From an uncultured virus (IMG/VR IMGVR_UViG_3300034200_001961) (taxonomy: Duplodnaviria > Heunggongvirae > Uroviricota > Caudoviricetes), in the IMG/VR virus record IMGVR_UViG_3300034200_001961: a stretch of DNA of 64,000 nucleotides; one strand, 5' to 3'. Shown piece by piece: positions 37,642-46,435 of the stretch. Within the stretch, counting starts at the first letter, position 1. Every line of letters begins with the position of its first letter. The notes beneath the pieces were generated by a model. That model was not told the origin of the DNA. It was given only the letters and a program-made list of their open reading frames with translations, and ran no database searches. The translations under genes and the position numbers were made by a program.

Positions 37642-37953
37642 ATGGCTTTAGTTACTTGGCGTGATTTGATCACCGAGGAGATGTCCCTAAATGACGACTC
37701 CTGGGACAACGTCGTTGCCGCCACTTTTGAAGTCGGCGAAACCGACTGGCCAAAGGAGCTGCGGGATCCTCACGACTGCCTAGACAAGCCCTTCAACGCC
37801 GGGGCTGTTGGCGTGGAAGAGGGCTGTCCCTTCACTTTGTGGACGGAGCACCGCGTTTACTTCCCTCTCACTTACGACGGCTACGAAAGCGTTGGCAGCG
37901 TTTTTCGCCACCCCAATCGCATGCCGCCGACGACGCATATCGGCAACGGGTAA
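37642..37953 (+). CDS. Conserved-type phage hypothetical protein
   Basis: EGCPFTLWTEHRVYFPLTYDG...HP pattern seen in small phage proteins. Confidence 0.65.
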   Translation: MALVTWRDLITEEMSLNDDSWDNVVAATFEVGETDWPKELRDPHDCLDKPFNAGAVGVEEGCPFTLWTEHRVYFPLTYDGYESVGSVFRHPNRMPPTTHIGNG

Positions 37954-38037
37954 TCCTTTCCTCGGACCCCCAGCCGCCGGGGCTTCCCGGCAAGCCTGCA
38001 GCGCTCAGCTGCTATCCACCATTGACACCCTCAGACC

Positions 38038-38307
38038 ATGGCTATCTATTCAGTCGAAGAGCAACAGGCCGTCTGGCTTTTCGCCAGCGAAAGTGAAGCA
38101 AAAGCCTTTGACAACGAACGAGCCGACGATCACCGCTGGTCGCGTGTTTCCCTGTTTCAGGGTCGGCCATTCAGAACCGCCAACCCCAACCGCCCAACCG
38201 AACCAGGGCCCGGCCAAGAACGCTGCCGCAGGATTCAGCGTCATTGCCACAAGTGGTGGCGGGCTTACGAGGCATGGAACAAAGCGGCAGGCTACGCGGA
38301 AGCCTGA
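38038..38307 (+). CDS. Small hypothetical protein
   Basis: 89-aa ORF. Confidence 0.5.
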   Translation: MAIYSVEEQQAVWLFASESEAKAFDNERADDHRWSRVSLFQGRPFRTANPNRPTEPGPGQERCRRIQRHCHKWWRAYEAWNKAAGYAEA

Positions 38308-38345
38308 CCCGAGCCCGCCAGGCGCCGTGAACCCGGCCCCCACAC

Positions 38346-38382
38346 CTCTCCCCCTCTGGCCACCGGCTGGAGGGGGTTTTTT
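38346..38382 (+). terminator. Terminator-like hairpin, near-identical to the array hairpin
   Basis: ccccctctggcc-acc-ggctggaggggg-tttttt; same as the hairpin in the 35863-35949 unit. Confidence 0.75.
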
Positions 38383-38442
38383 ACTGCGCAGCTGCGGCTG
38401 TGCATCTTTTTCGTCCCTGTGGAAGCAGGGCTCATGTTTCCC

Positions 38443-38940
38443 ATGACCAGTTCAACCACCACCAAGGCGACCCTTTCCAGCGACCTCGAAGCCGCCGAAG
38501 CTCGCGTCATCGAGCTCGAGGCCCGCATCATCGAGCTCGAGGCCCGCATCGAGGATCTCCAGCGCGTCGAACTGTCCACCACTGTGTGGATCAACGACCG
38601 CATCACCTCAGACACCACCAGAGGCGGCGACCCGCTGGTCAAGTTCTCCGGCCAGAAGTCGGTGAAGGCTGCCGACAGCGGCCGGGTCTACGGCCAGTAC
38701 CATAATTTCGTGGCCTACCGCGACATGGCCGACACCTTCAACCAGTTACACGCCGCCGGTGAAAAGCTGGTGACCATCACCGCCTTCGAGTCGCCCTGGT
38801 CGAACGGCGCGCGTAGGAGCGACTGGGTGGTGACCTCCATCACCCCCTTCGTCCGCCCCGAAGCCGCCACCGCCCCCGCCAGCGAGCCTGGCCCGGCTGA
38901 GAACTACGGAGACACCCACGGCGACGACATTCCGTTCTGA
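38443..38940 (+). CDS. SSB-like OB-fold protein with N-terminal coiled coil and DDIPF tail
   Basis: Ends GDDIPF (canonical bacterial SSB C-terminal tip); N-terminal EARIIEL heptads encoded by a 21-bp tandem repeat (38507-38548). Confidence 0.65.
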   Translation: MTSSTTTKATLSSDLEAAEARVIELEARIIELEARIEDLQRVELSTTVWINDRITSDTTRGGDPLVKFSGQKSVKAADSGRVYGQYHNFVAYRDMADTFNQLHAAGEKLVTITAFESPWSNGARRSDWVVTSITPFVRPEAATAPASEPGPAENYGDTHGDDIPF

Positions 38941-39073
38941 TTCCCCCGCCCCACAGGGCGCACCCCGGGGCCCTGGCATTGCCTGGGCCCCTTTCTTCGT
39001 GCGACAGTGCGCGTTGTTGACCACTGTTGCACGCCCTTTACCTACCGAGACACAAGTGGCCTTCCTTCTTGCT

Positions 39074-39493
39074 ATGCCCAACCTCAAACTGCCCGCCGGT
39101 CAGCGCCTGGCTCAGGTCCTGGCGGGCGTCATCACTGTCGCTTTTTGGGTCTACGCCGCCGGGCGCTTCGCCCGCATCGGCTACGAATGGGCTCGCCCCC
39201 GCATCGCCAAGGCGCTACATGCGTTGGCGATCGCCCTCGACGGAGGGCTGGCGTATCCGGACCAGCCGGAGCCGGATTCCGGAGCTGATCTCCTTTGCGA
39301 CATTGGGTCGCCGATGTACCGCAACGGCGCATTGGCGAGCTACGACCTCCCTGTCGCTGGGACCGTCCACCCCATGGCCACTGGGGAGCTGATCGCTTCT
39401 TCTCGCCCCCGCGCCCGCCAACGCAGGCCCCGGGCCGCTGAGGCCGCCGCCGGCGCCCTTGCCGGACCTCTTGCCCCGCAACTGAGCTTGTGA
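39074..39493 (+). CDS. Hypothetical membrane protein
   Basis: N-terminal hydrophobic helix VLAGVITVAFWVYAAG. Confidence 0.55.
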   Translation: MPNLKLPAGQRLAQVLAGVITVAFWVYAAGRFARIGYEWARPRIAKALHALAIALDGGLAYPDQPEPDSGADLLCDIGSPMYRNGALASYDLPVAGTVHPMATGELIASSRPRARQRRPRAAEAAAGALAGPLAPQLSL

Positions 39494-40206
39494 ACACACT
39501 CTTAATCGTCGACGTCGAGAGCACCGGCCTCGACCCCAGAAAGGACGCCCTGATCGAGGTCGGGGCCATCCTGTTTAACATCAAACACCGGGCCGTCACG
39601 CACCAGTTCTCGGCACTACTGCCGAGCGTGGCGCCCAACGGCGCCGAAGCAGTCAACGGAATCTCCGATGCCCTGCTGGAATCGAACGCCGTCCATCGGC
39701 TGGACGGATGGGCGACCTGCTGCCTGCAGAGCTTTTACGACAAGGCCGATGCAGTGCTTGCGCATAAAGTCTCTTTCGACCGTCCGTGGCTGGAGCCGCT
39801 GCTCCGGACTGACGACAAGGGACAGCCCCGCAACTGGCCTCTCAAGCCCTGGATCTGCACCTTACAGGACGTCCGGTGGGCGCGCCCCGGACTCAAGGCC
39901 AACCCATCGCTGACCCGCCTGGCCCTGGCCCACGGCGTGCCGGTGTGGGCCGCCCACCGGGCCCTCACCGACTGCACCTACCTGGCCCAGGTGCTCGCCA
40001 CCCGGGAAGACCTGCTCCAGCTGCTGCTGGATGCCCAGGTGCCCAAGGCCTTGTATTCAGCCGCAGTTCCCTACGAGCAGCGGCAGCTGGCCAAGGATGC
40101 CGGCTTTCTGTGGGAAGGTCATGACGTCCCAAAGGCCTGGACACGATGGCTGCGCGAGGACGAGATATTCGGCCTGCCTTTCAAGGTGGCTCGTGTCGTT
40201 AGATGA
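39490..40206 (+). CDS. DEDDh 3'-5' exonuclease (DnaQ/Pol III epsilon-like)
   Basis: ExoI IVDVESTG, ExoII AHKVSFD, ExoIII AHRALTD. Confidence 0.92.
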   Translation: MNTLLIVDVESTGLDPRKDALIEVGAILFNIKHRAVTHQFSALLPSVAPNGAEAVNGISDALLESNAVHRLDGWATCCLQSFYDKADAVLAHKVSFDRPWLEPLLRTDDKGQPRNWPLKPWICTLQDVRWARPGLKANPSLTRLALAHGVPVWAAHRALTDCTYLAQVLATREDLLQLLLDAQVPKALYSAAVPYEQRQLAKDAGFLWEGHDVPKAWTRWLREDEIFGLPFKVARVVR

Positions 40207-40772
40207 AGCAAGTCTCCTATAACGAGCTTGTGCTCTACCTTTACCCCCAAATTCGCCAACAGTTTCGACTCAGGCGAAGGCCACCAAGCGCGACGCACAT
40301 TGTCGTGTTCCAAGGAAATGGCCCGGTTCCAGACACCACCAGCACTGCGCTCATACCCGTTGGCCCAGGCCTCAGGTTCCCGTCCCTCGAGGCCGCCTGC
40401 TCCAGCAGCTACAGCGACTACACGGCTCACCCGCTGCACCCTGTCGCCTACTACAAGATCCCCGCGAAGTGTCGTCCATTCCCCTGGGCCGACTGGTTCG
40501 ACGGCCGCATGGCCATTCGGAGCCTGCCAGCCGAGTGCGTCGCCGAGTGCTCGGCACCGGGGGCCGATGCCAGCGAGGCCGTCGACCACTGGGTCAGGAA
40601 GCTCCGCTTCAAGGCCCCGCCCTGGCTGGTGCGCGAGTACCTGCGCGGGGGCGGGGGCTATGAGCCCTCGCAGCTGGTTGATCACCAGGCGAACCTGCGT
40701 CGCCTGCTTTGGTCCTGGGCATGCGACTGCCGCGAAGCCGGGGTCAGCGTGTCTCTTTATCTTTCGCGCTGA
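40203..40772 (+). CDS. Hypothetical protein (N-terminal domain paralogous to the next gene)
   Basis: MKQVSYNEL...ATHIVVFQ...VGPGLRFPSLEAA. Confidence 0.65.
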   Translation: MKQVSYNELVLYLYPQIRQQFRLRRRPPSATHIVVFQGNGPVPDTTSTALIPVGPGLRFPSLEAACSSSYSDYTAHPLHPVAYYKIPAKCRPFPWADWFDGRMAIRSLPAECVAECSAPGADASEAVDHWVRKLRFKAPPWLVREYLRGGGGYEPSQLVDHQANLRRLLWSWACDCREAGVSVSLYLSR

Positions 40773-40802
40773 CCAATTCACCCAATGCCCTCCCCTCCTC
40801 AA

Positions 40803-41288
40803 ATGAAGCAAATTTCCTACGCCAAGCTAGAGGCCCACTTCGATCCCGAACGACGCGATCGCCTCAAGTTCCTTGCCGACACCCCCGGCGCCACCGCGCT
40901 GGTGCTGTTCAAGAACCAGACGCTCGATTCGAGTAGCGCCGGCGCCTGCACCGCAAGGCTCGTTGGCCCCATGTGCCTCTACACGTCCCTTGAGCAGGCA
41001 TACGCCAGCCACCTTGGCGACCTGCCGTCTCAGCGGCAGCAGGTTGTTGCTCACTGCTTGCTGCCTGTTGCGGCTGCTCCCTCCGACGATCAGTTGCTGA
41101 ATTACTTCAAGGCCTGCCGCCAAGACGACGATCTCGAACTTGACGAGCTTGTCTCCGGCGGCAGCAACGTCTCTCGGGGCGACGACCCTGGGGCGTGGGT
41201 ACGCGCCTGGGTCTGGTGCCCCGACGCTGATGTCCAGGCTTGGCTTGAGACGGAGCAGGGCCGAGCGGCGGCGGCGGCGGCGAGTTGA
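40803..41288 (+). CDS. Hypothetical protein (paralog of the previous gene)
   Basis: MKQISYAKL...ATALVLFK...VGPMCLYTSLEQA; alternative start 40785. Confidence 0.65.
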   Translation: MKQISYAKLEAHFDPERRDRLKFLADTPGATALVLFKNQTLDSSSAGACTARLVGPMCLYTSLEQAYASHLGDLPSQRQQVVAHCLLPVAAAPSDDQLLNYFKACRQDDDLELDELVSGGSNVSRGDDPGAWVRAWVWCPDADVQAWLETEQGRAAAAAAS

Positions 41289-41294
41289 TTCCTA

Positions 41295-41621
41295 ATGACA
41301 ACGACAAGCAACGAAGATCCGGCGCCGCCGGGAGCGACCGAAGGCGAAGCATGGTACGACGCCGAGATTGCCCCGGCGCTGGCCGCGCTGGCGAAGCGAT
41401 GCCGGGAGCGCGGCATGTCTCTCGTCGCTGCGGCGGAGTACAAGCCCGACCACATTGGTGCGACGTACTTCTTGACAGAAGATGCAGGGACCGCGATGCG
41501 GATGTTGCATCTGTGCGGGCAAACCGCGCCCAACGTGGACAGCTACGTCGTCGCACTGAAGAGGTGGGCCGCGCTGAACGGCGTGGACACGTCTTCAAGT
41601 TGGGTGCTGTCACGTTGGTAA
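41295..41621 (+). CDS. Hypothetical protein
   Basis: 108 aa, EAWYDAEIAPALAALAKRC. Confidence 0.6.
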   Translation: MTTTSNEDPAPPGATEGEAWYDAEIAPALAALAKRCRERGMSLVAAAEYKPDHIGATYFLTEDAGTAMRMLHLCGQTAPNVDSYVVALKRWAALNGVDTSSSWVLSRW

Positions 41622-41638
41622 CCGTCTGTTTGATTCCA

Positions 41639-41899
41639 ATGCGCCGTCTATCCATCTGTTCCATCACCGTCAAAGGGCGAGCCGTTTTCCAGTGCTCCAT
41701 CTGCAGAACCTTCGGCTCGGGCGACTCTGTCACCGCGGAAGTCGCCCACCCTGAAGAGATCGCAAGCATCAAGCCTGATCCCAGCGCTATGCCTATCGGC
41801 TGGAGATCTAGCTCCGGCAACGACGGGCGCGGCGATCATCTTGCTTTTAAGTGCCCGAACTGTCGGGACAGCTCCGCCATTCGCATGATCAACCCATGA
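41639..41899 (+). CDS. Small zinc-finger-like protein
   Basis: CSIC and CPNC motifs. Confidence 0.5.
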   Translation: MRRLSICSITVKGRAVFQCSICRTFGSGDSVTAEVAHPEEIASIKPDPSAMPIGWRSSSGNDGRGDHLAFKCPNCRDSSAIRMINP

Positions 41900-42270
41900 A
41901 CTATCTCCCCTCGCCCCAGCCCCCATTCCCTGAGCCAACGATCACTCAGATGATCGCCGACCGCGCGGATCTTCACGTCAAGATCGACGCCCTGCTGCTT
42001 GAGTTTTGCCGGCAATACCCAAGGCTCAGGCTTGACGCGAACCTGCGCACTAGCTGGAAAGAGCTTTGCGTCGACATCAAGGCTTGCCTTGAGACGTCCA
42101 CTGTCGGCCACGGAGATATGAACAGCGTTCATGGAGCAATTGGCCAGCTAGAGCGTGACATAGCCAAACTTCTTCACCCCTTTGCGAAGAAGTATCCTCA
42201 AGCAAGCTTAGCCTTGGCCTTTGACCACATCAATGGCGAATGCCAGGCCATCGTCTCTTTGTGCTTCTAA
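41896..42270 (+). CDS. Hypothetical protein
   Basis: ATGA-coupled, 124 aa. Confidence 0.55.
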   Translation: MNYLPSPQPPFPEPTITQMIADRADLHVKIDALLLEFCRQYPRLRLDANLRTSWKELCVDIKACLETSTVGHGDMNSVHGAIGQLERDIAKLLHPFAKKYPQASLALAFDHINGECQAIVSLCF

Positions 42271-42272
42271 CC

Positions 42273-42503
42273 ATGAACCCTCAACTCGTCAAGCTCGTCT
42301 ACTACAAGCGCAGCGGTAAGTTTTACGACCAAGGTGAACTCCAAGTCGACGCGGGGCTCCCGCTCTTCGAGATCTGGGACCACGTCCGCGCCCTCCGCGC
42401 CCGGGGCCGCCTGCCCGGCTTGATCGACGGTGCCGGCAAAGAGTTCATCGTCTCCGTCGACGCCCCGGACCACCGCCACGAACACCCACACCTGCTGATG
42501 TGA
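42273..42503 (+). CDS. Small phage hypothetical protein
   Basis: VKLVYYKRSGKFY...GRLPGL...HPHL. Confidence 0.65.
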   Translation: MNPQLVKLVYYKRSGKFYDQGELQVDAGLPLFEIWDHVRALRARGRLPGLIDGAGKEFIVSVDAPDHRHEHPHLLM

Positions 42504-42844
42504 TGAAGACCTACCTGATTCGCCTCCGTGCCAGCGCGCTCGTTGACGCCGAGAGCATCTCCGCCGCCGAACAAGCCTGGATCGACGGCTGCGAACGCGA
42601 CATCGAGATCGACACCGAAGGCGGTGCACTGGGCATCGAGATCTACGACGACGAGCCCAAGGTCCGTCGTTTCGACGCTCGCAGGGCCAACTGCTGCGCT
42701 CTCGACTGCATTGCCCTAGTCATGAACCACCACGCCGCGAGCCCGACCTTGCTCAATATCATCGCCGACATCGTGCGCACCACGGGGCGAGACGTCTCAA
42801 GCGGATCCTTCGCGCCCGCTCCCCAGGAAGCCCAGAACTCGTGA
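42500..42844 (+). CDS. Hypothetical protein
   Basis: 114 aa, coupled to neighbours. Confidence 0.6.
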   Translation: MMKTYLIRLRASALVDAESISAAEQAWIDGCERDIEIDTEGGALGIEIYDDEPKVRRFDARRANCCALDCIALVMNHHAASPTLLNIIADIVRTTGRDVSSGSFAPAPQEAQNS

Positions 42845-43506
42845 AACACCCCACCCACTTCTCCGCCCAAGTCCCCTTCTCGGGGTTCTATGAAACCTCG
42901 CACGACCAGCGCATCGACGAGGCCGAGGAGCAGATGTTCTCCGGCGATGACGGCGAGATTGTTTCCAGTGTCGCCTATGAGGCGTTCTGGAGCAATCTCA
43001 ATTACGGCTCCGTCCACGAGAAATACGCCAAGGCCTACGTGGCCGCCCTGGCCCACGTCCTCAAGATCCCCCTCGACTATGAGGAGATGGTCTCACCGCG
43101 AGAATACAACTTCACTACCGATCGGCTGTTCGCCAAGATCAGCCGCTCGGACTTTGCCAAGATGCTGCGTGCCGTCCGCGGCAAGCGCCTCAACGAGGAA
43201 GCCCTCGACCGGTTCACCAGCCGCTCCGGCTTCATCAGCTTCTACCCCAACAGCGTCAGTCGTTGGGGGCGCATCGCTGGCTGGGACTGCAACCAGGTCG
43301 GTACTGTGCTTTCCTGCTACATCGACAAACTCCACGAGGGGCGCGTCATCCCCAATGAGCGCGACATCGCCCAAGAGCACATTGACATCTGCACGATCGA
43401 AGACTGGCTCGCCAAAGCCGCCGACGGCAGCTCACGCTCCAGCTGCAAAGCTTGGGCCGCCCTGTTCCTCAATGGCCTCATTCGCAGGCGCGCCGAGGAG
43501 TATTAG
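42841..43506 (+). CDS. Conserved-type phage protein; frame continues past an amber stop to 43638
   Basis: VPFSGFYET...SPREYNFTTDRLF...FTSRSGFISFY; 43 further sense codons follow TAG 43504-43506. Confidence 0.7.
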   Translation: MKHPTHFSAQVPFSGFYETSHDQRIDEAEEQMFSGDDGEIVSSVAYEAFWSNLNYGSVHEKYAKAYVAALAHVLKIPLDYEEMVSPREYNFTTDRLFAKISRSDFAKMLRAVRGKRLNEEALDRFTSRSGFISFYPNSVSRWGRIAGWDCNQVGTVLSCYIDKLHEGRVIPNERDIAQEHIDICTIEDWLAKAADGSSRSSCKAWAALFLNGLIRRRAEEY

Positions 43507-43642
43507 CTCAAGGCCTACCTGCAGAACTCCATCGGATCGCACCTCGATCCTCCAAGCGACTACGAAAGGCAGGAAGATCGCACCACTCGCGAGGCGATCT
43601 TTGAGGCCCTACCTTCCTTTGACGACCTGATGATCTAAACCC

Positions 43643-43891
43643 ATGATCGAAACCACTTCGACAGTCACTACCAGAGTCACACTCGATGTCAGCGACAGCG
43701 ACATCGAACGCCTAGTGGAGGACCGCCTCCGCCGCCGGGGCCGCATCCCTAAGGATGCCAATGTCAACCTTGAGTGGCGGGGCAGCCAATGCCCCTACCT
43801 TCACGTCACCGTTGAGCATCAGCGGCCTGGGTCTGGCCCTTCGGCTTCAGACCACGACTGGGCCACTAAGCTCGACGACGCCCTTGCCTAA
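43643..43891 (+). CDS. Small hypothetical protein
   Basis: 82-aa ORF. Confidence 0.55.
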   Translation: MIETTSTVTTRVTLDVSDSDIERLVEDRLRRRGRIPKDANVNLEWRGSQCPYLHVTVEHQRPGSGPSASDHDWATKLDDALA

Positions 43892-44551
43892 TCACCGCCG
43901 CCCCATCGGCGAGCCTTCCTCGTCTTCGGCGTCCAGCACGCCCGCCATCTGAAGCAGGGCTTCGCCCGCTTCGGTCAGCCCGATAGCGCCGACGCCGGCC
44001 GCGCCGGTCAGCCCGGCATAGGCCCCGCCCCGGGCGTAGGGGTTGGTGGCGAACGCATTGTTCACCCCAGCCAACGCACCTTGCACCCTGCTTCCCATCG
44101 TCGGCGCCGCCACCGAACGCAACTGGCCGACCTGGTTGGCCAGTTCGTACATCTGGCGCTGTTGATTCAGCCCGCTGAACACATTACGCGCCGGCGCCTC
44201 GCCGGTGGCCATGCCTCGATCCATCAGCATCTGGATCAGCGCGTCCTTGCTGGCCCGCGATCCATCGGCAGGCATGCCGCCTGGACCGATCACGCTGGCC
44301 ATTTTCGCCTGAGCCTGGCCCAGCGTGCTGTCGGCAGGCACTCGCCCCCGCTGCTGCTGCATCAGGTGATGAAGCAGTTCCGGGGCAAGCGCGTCGGCCT
44401 TCAACTGGCCAGACATGATGGCCTCGCTCACGGCATTCACCTGCTCGGCGCTCATCTCGCCTTGACGGGCTCCGAAGCTGGCCGCCCGGTCCTTGGACTC
44501 GTCGACGAACCGCTCGTCGATCGACTTCAGCCAGTTGAGGACGCCGTTCAT
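43892..44551 (-). CDS. Antisense late-type gene, putative virion/membrane protein
   Basis: 219-aa ORF exactly fills the gap between + strand genes; Gly/Ala-rich hydrophobic C-terminus; TTAGACT motif upstream. Confidence 0.7.
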   Translation of the reverse strand: MNGVLNWLKSIDERFVDESKDRAASFGARQGEMSAEQVNAVSEAIMSGQLKADALAPELLHHLMQQQRGRVPADSTLGQAQAKMASVIGPGGMPADGSRASKDALIQMLMDRGMATGEAPARNVFSGLNQQRQMYELANQVGQLRSVAAPTMGSRVQGALAGVNNAFATNPYARGGAYAGLTGAAGVGAIGLTEAGEALLQMAGVLDAEDEEGSPMGRR

Positions 44552-44607
44552 GGCCTAAGAGGATCGACAGTCCTCCCAGTCTAAGACCCAACCTTTGAGG
44601 ATTTTCC

Positions 44608-45015
44608 ATGGGAGTCAACTATTACTACAAGACCGACCGACGCTTCCTACTTGATCACTGCGAACCAGACGAGGACGGCCTGATTCACATCGGCAAGTCT
44701 TCGCACGGCTGGTGCTTCGCCCTTCACGCTTACCCTCCGCTGATCCGCACTCTCAACTGCTGGATCGAGGTGTGGGAGATCGGCAAGTGCCTGATCACTG
44801 ACGAGTACGACCGCAACATGACGCCCAAGGAGATGCACACCGTCATCACCGACCGCTCCCACCCGGAGCGCCCTGGATACTTCACTTGTGACCTGCTAGA
44901 GGAGAACTTCGCCGAGGTGGGCCCCAATGGTCTGCTGCGCCGCAAGATTGACGGCATCTACTGCGTTGGCCACGGCCTTGGCACCTGGGACGCGATGGTC
45001 GGGCAGTTCTCGTGA
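44608..45015 (+). CDS. Conserved-type phage hypothetical protein
   Basis: MGVNYY...IHIGKSSHGWCFALH...ITDEY pattern. Confidence 0.7.
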   Translation: MGVNYYYKTDRRFLLDHCEPDEDGLIHIGKSSHGWCFALHAYPPLIRTLNCWIEVWEIGKCLITDEYDRNMTPKEMHTVITDRSHPERPGYFTCDLLEENFAEVGPNGLLRRKIDGIYCVGHGLGTWDAMVGQFS

Positions 45016-45197
45016 ATTGCTGCCATTGCGGCCAGCCGATCCGGCTCATCCCCAGCGCCACCGAGCGGGCTGCACGCTTTGGGGGCAAGCCCGCCGATTA
45101 CACCCGCCTCTTCACTGCTCACCCCGACTGCGCCATCAGGCACCGGAGCGAGGACACGTCACGGCTTATCGAGAAACTGCGGCTTTCCTGCCCATGA
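45012..45197 (+). CDS. Small Cys/His protein
   Basis: CCHCGQPI...FTAHPDC; coupled on both sides. Confidence 0.55.
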   Translation: MNCCHCGQPIRLIPSATERAARFGGKPADYTRLFTAHPDCAIRHRSEDTSRLIEKLRLSCP

Positions 45198-45472
45198 AGA
45201 CCCTCGCCTTCGATTTCATCTCCGACCCCGGCCACGGCTGGGTCAAGGTCTCTTTTACCCGGTTAGTCCGCATCGTCGGGCCCGACTGGCGCTCCACATT
45301 CAGCTCCTGCTCTTTCGAGCGCGGAGAACACGCCTACCTCGAAGAGGACAGCGACGCCCCCCGCTTCGTAAAGGCCTGCCAGGCTGCCGGCATCGAGCCG
45401 CGGTGGCGCATGCGCTACAGCGAGCGCGAGAGCCGCATCCACAACTACCCAAGCCTGCAGACGAGCGCATAA
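45194..45472 (+). CDS. Conserved-type phage hypothetical protein
   Basis: SDPGHGWVKV...YLEEDSDA pattern. Confidence 0.65.
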   Translation: MKTLAFDFISDPGHGWVKVSFTRLVRIVGPDWRSTFSSCSFERGEHAYLEEDSDAPRFVKACQAAGIEPRWRMRYSERESRIHNYPSLQTSA

Positions 45473-45742
45473 GCCGCGATCCCTTCTATCAGGAAATGGT
45501 CGATGACTTCTCCAACGGCCGATTCGACCGCCGTAGCCCTGAGGAAGTCCTGGAGGTTCTCGGCTGGATGCCTGAGTCCGAGGTCACCGACCGCGAGCGC
45601 TGCGCCGTCCTGGCCGCCCTGCTCGGGAACGTCCTCGAACGCCTTAATACCCTAGAAGCCAAAGCCTCAGAGGGGTGAAGGTCAGGACAATGGTGCTGTG
45701 CATTTTTGTCCTACTTCCCATTCGTTCCCCCATCCCCTTCCA

Positions 45743-46114
45743 ATGACGTTCTTCCAGCAATTCACCCTCGGCCCCATCTCCCTGCGCGCTGGCGGCGGTG
45801 ACAACTGGTCCCAGTTCGACCTGGCATTCACCACCAACCGCAACGCCGGGCAGGCGGCCCGTGAAACTGCCATCCGCTTCGGCTTCAAGTCAGACCACCT
45901 GTTGGCCCTGGCCGGCACCGACAACGCCAACGACACCTACGTCACCCCAGAAGGCAAGACCGTCTACGGCAAGGTATCCATAACCCCCGGCGGCGCCGTC
46001 CACATCCTCAGCGCCCACCAGGTCTACGCCGAACAGGTTCACCAGGCCAACCTCAAGTCCGGCCTCCAGCTGGCTGACGAAAGCGTGGCTGACCTTGTTC
46101 TGGCTGCCGCCTGA
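45743..46114 (+). CDS. Hypothetical protein
   Basis: 123 aa, strongly C-ending codons, pyrimidine-rich leader containing GTGCATTTTT. Confidence 0.65.
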   Translation: MTFFQQFTLGPISLRAGGGDNWSQFDLAFTTNRNAGQAARETAIRFGFKSDHLLALAGTDNANDTYVTPEGKTVYGKVSITPGGAVHILSAHQVYAEQVHQANLKSGLQLADESVADLVLAAA

Positions 46115-46198
46115 TCGCGGTTGGGTTGCCACGGGCCCGCCCTACTGGTGACCCGCCCGCCTGGGCAGGCCTATCCTCCTCCCAGGTTCTTTCAAGCA

Positions 46199-46435
46199 AT
46201 GGCCCTCCCCGCTCTCGACCCTGGATCCAGCGGCTGGAGGGCGCGCTTTCGCGTTCTGACCAAGAAAGACAACCCTCTGCGCCTGCGAGTTCACGACTCC
46301 CTGCGCGGGATTGATTGTTTCTACGATTTCCAGTCCCACGAGCAACTCCGCCACCATGTCAACCAACTCCGAGCCGGCTACACCGACCTCGCTCCCGACG
46401 GGATCCTCTCGCCCGGATCCCACACAAGGGCGTGA
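46199..46435 (+). CDS. Small hypothetical protein
   Basis: MALPALDPG..., overlaps the next gene by 80 nt. Confidence 0.4.
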   Translation: MALPALDPGSSGWRARFRVLTKKDNPLRLRVHDSLRGIDCFYDFQSHEQLRHHVNQLRAGYTDLAPDGILSPGSHTRA

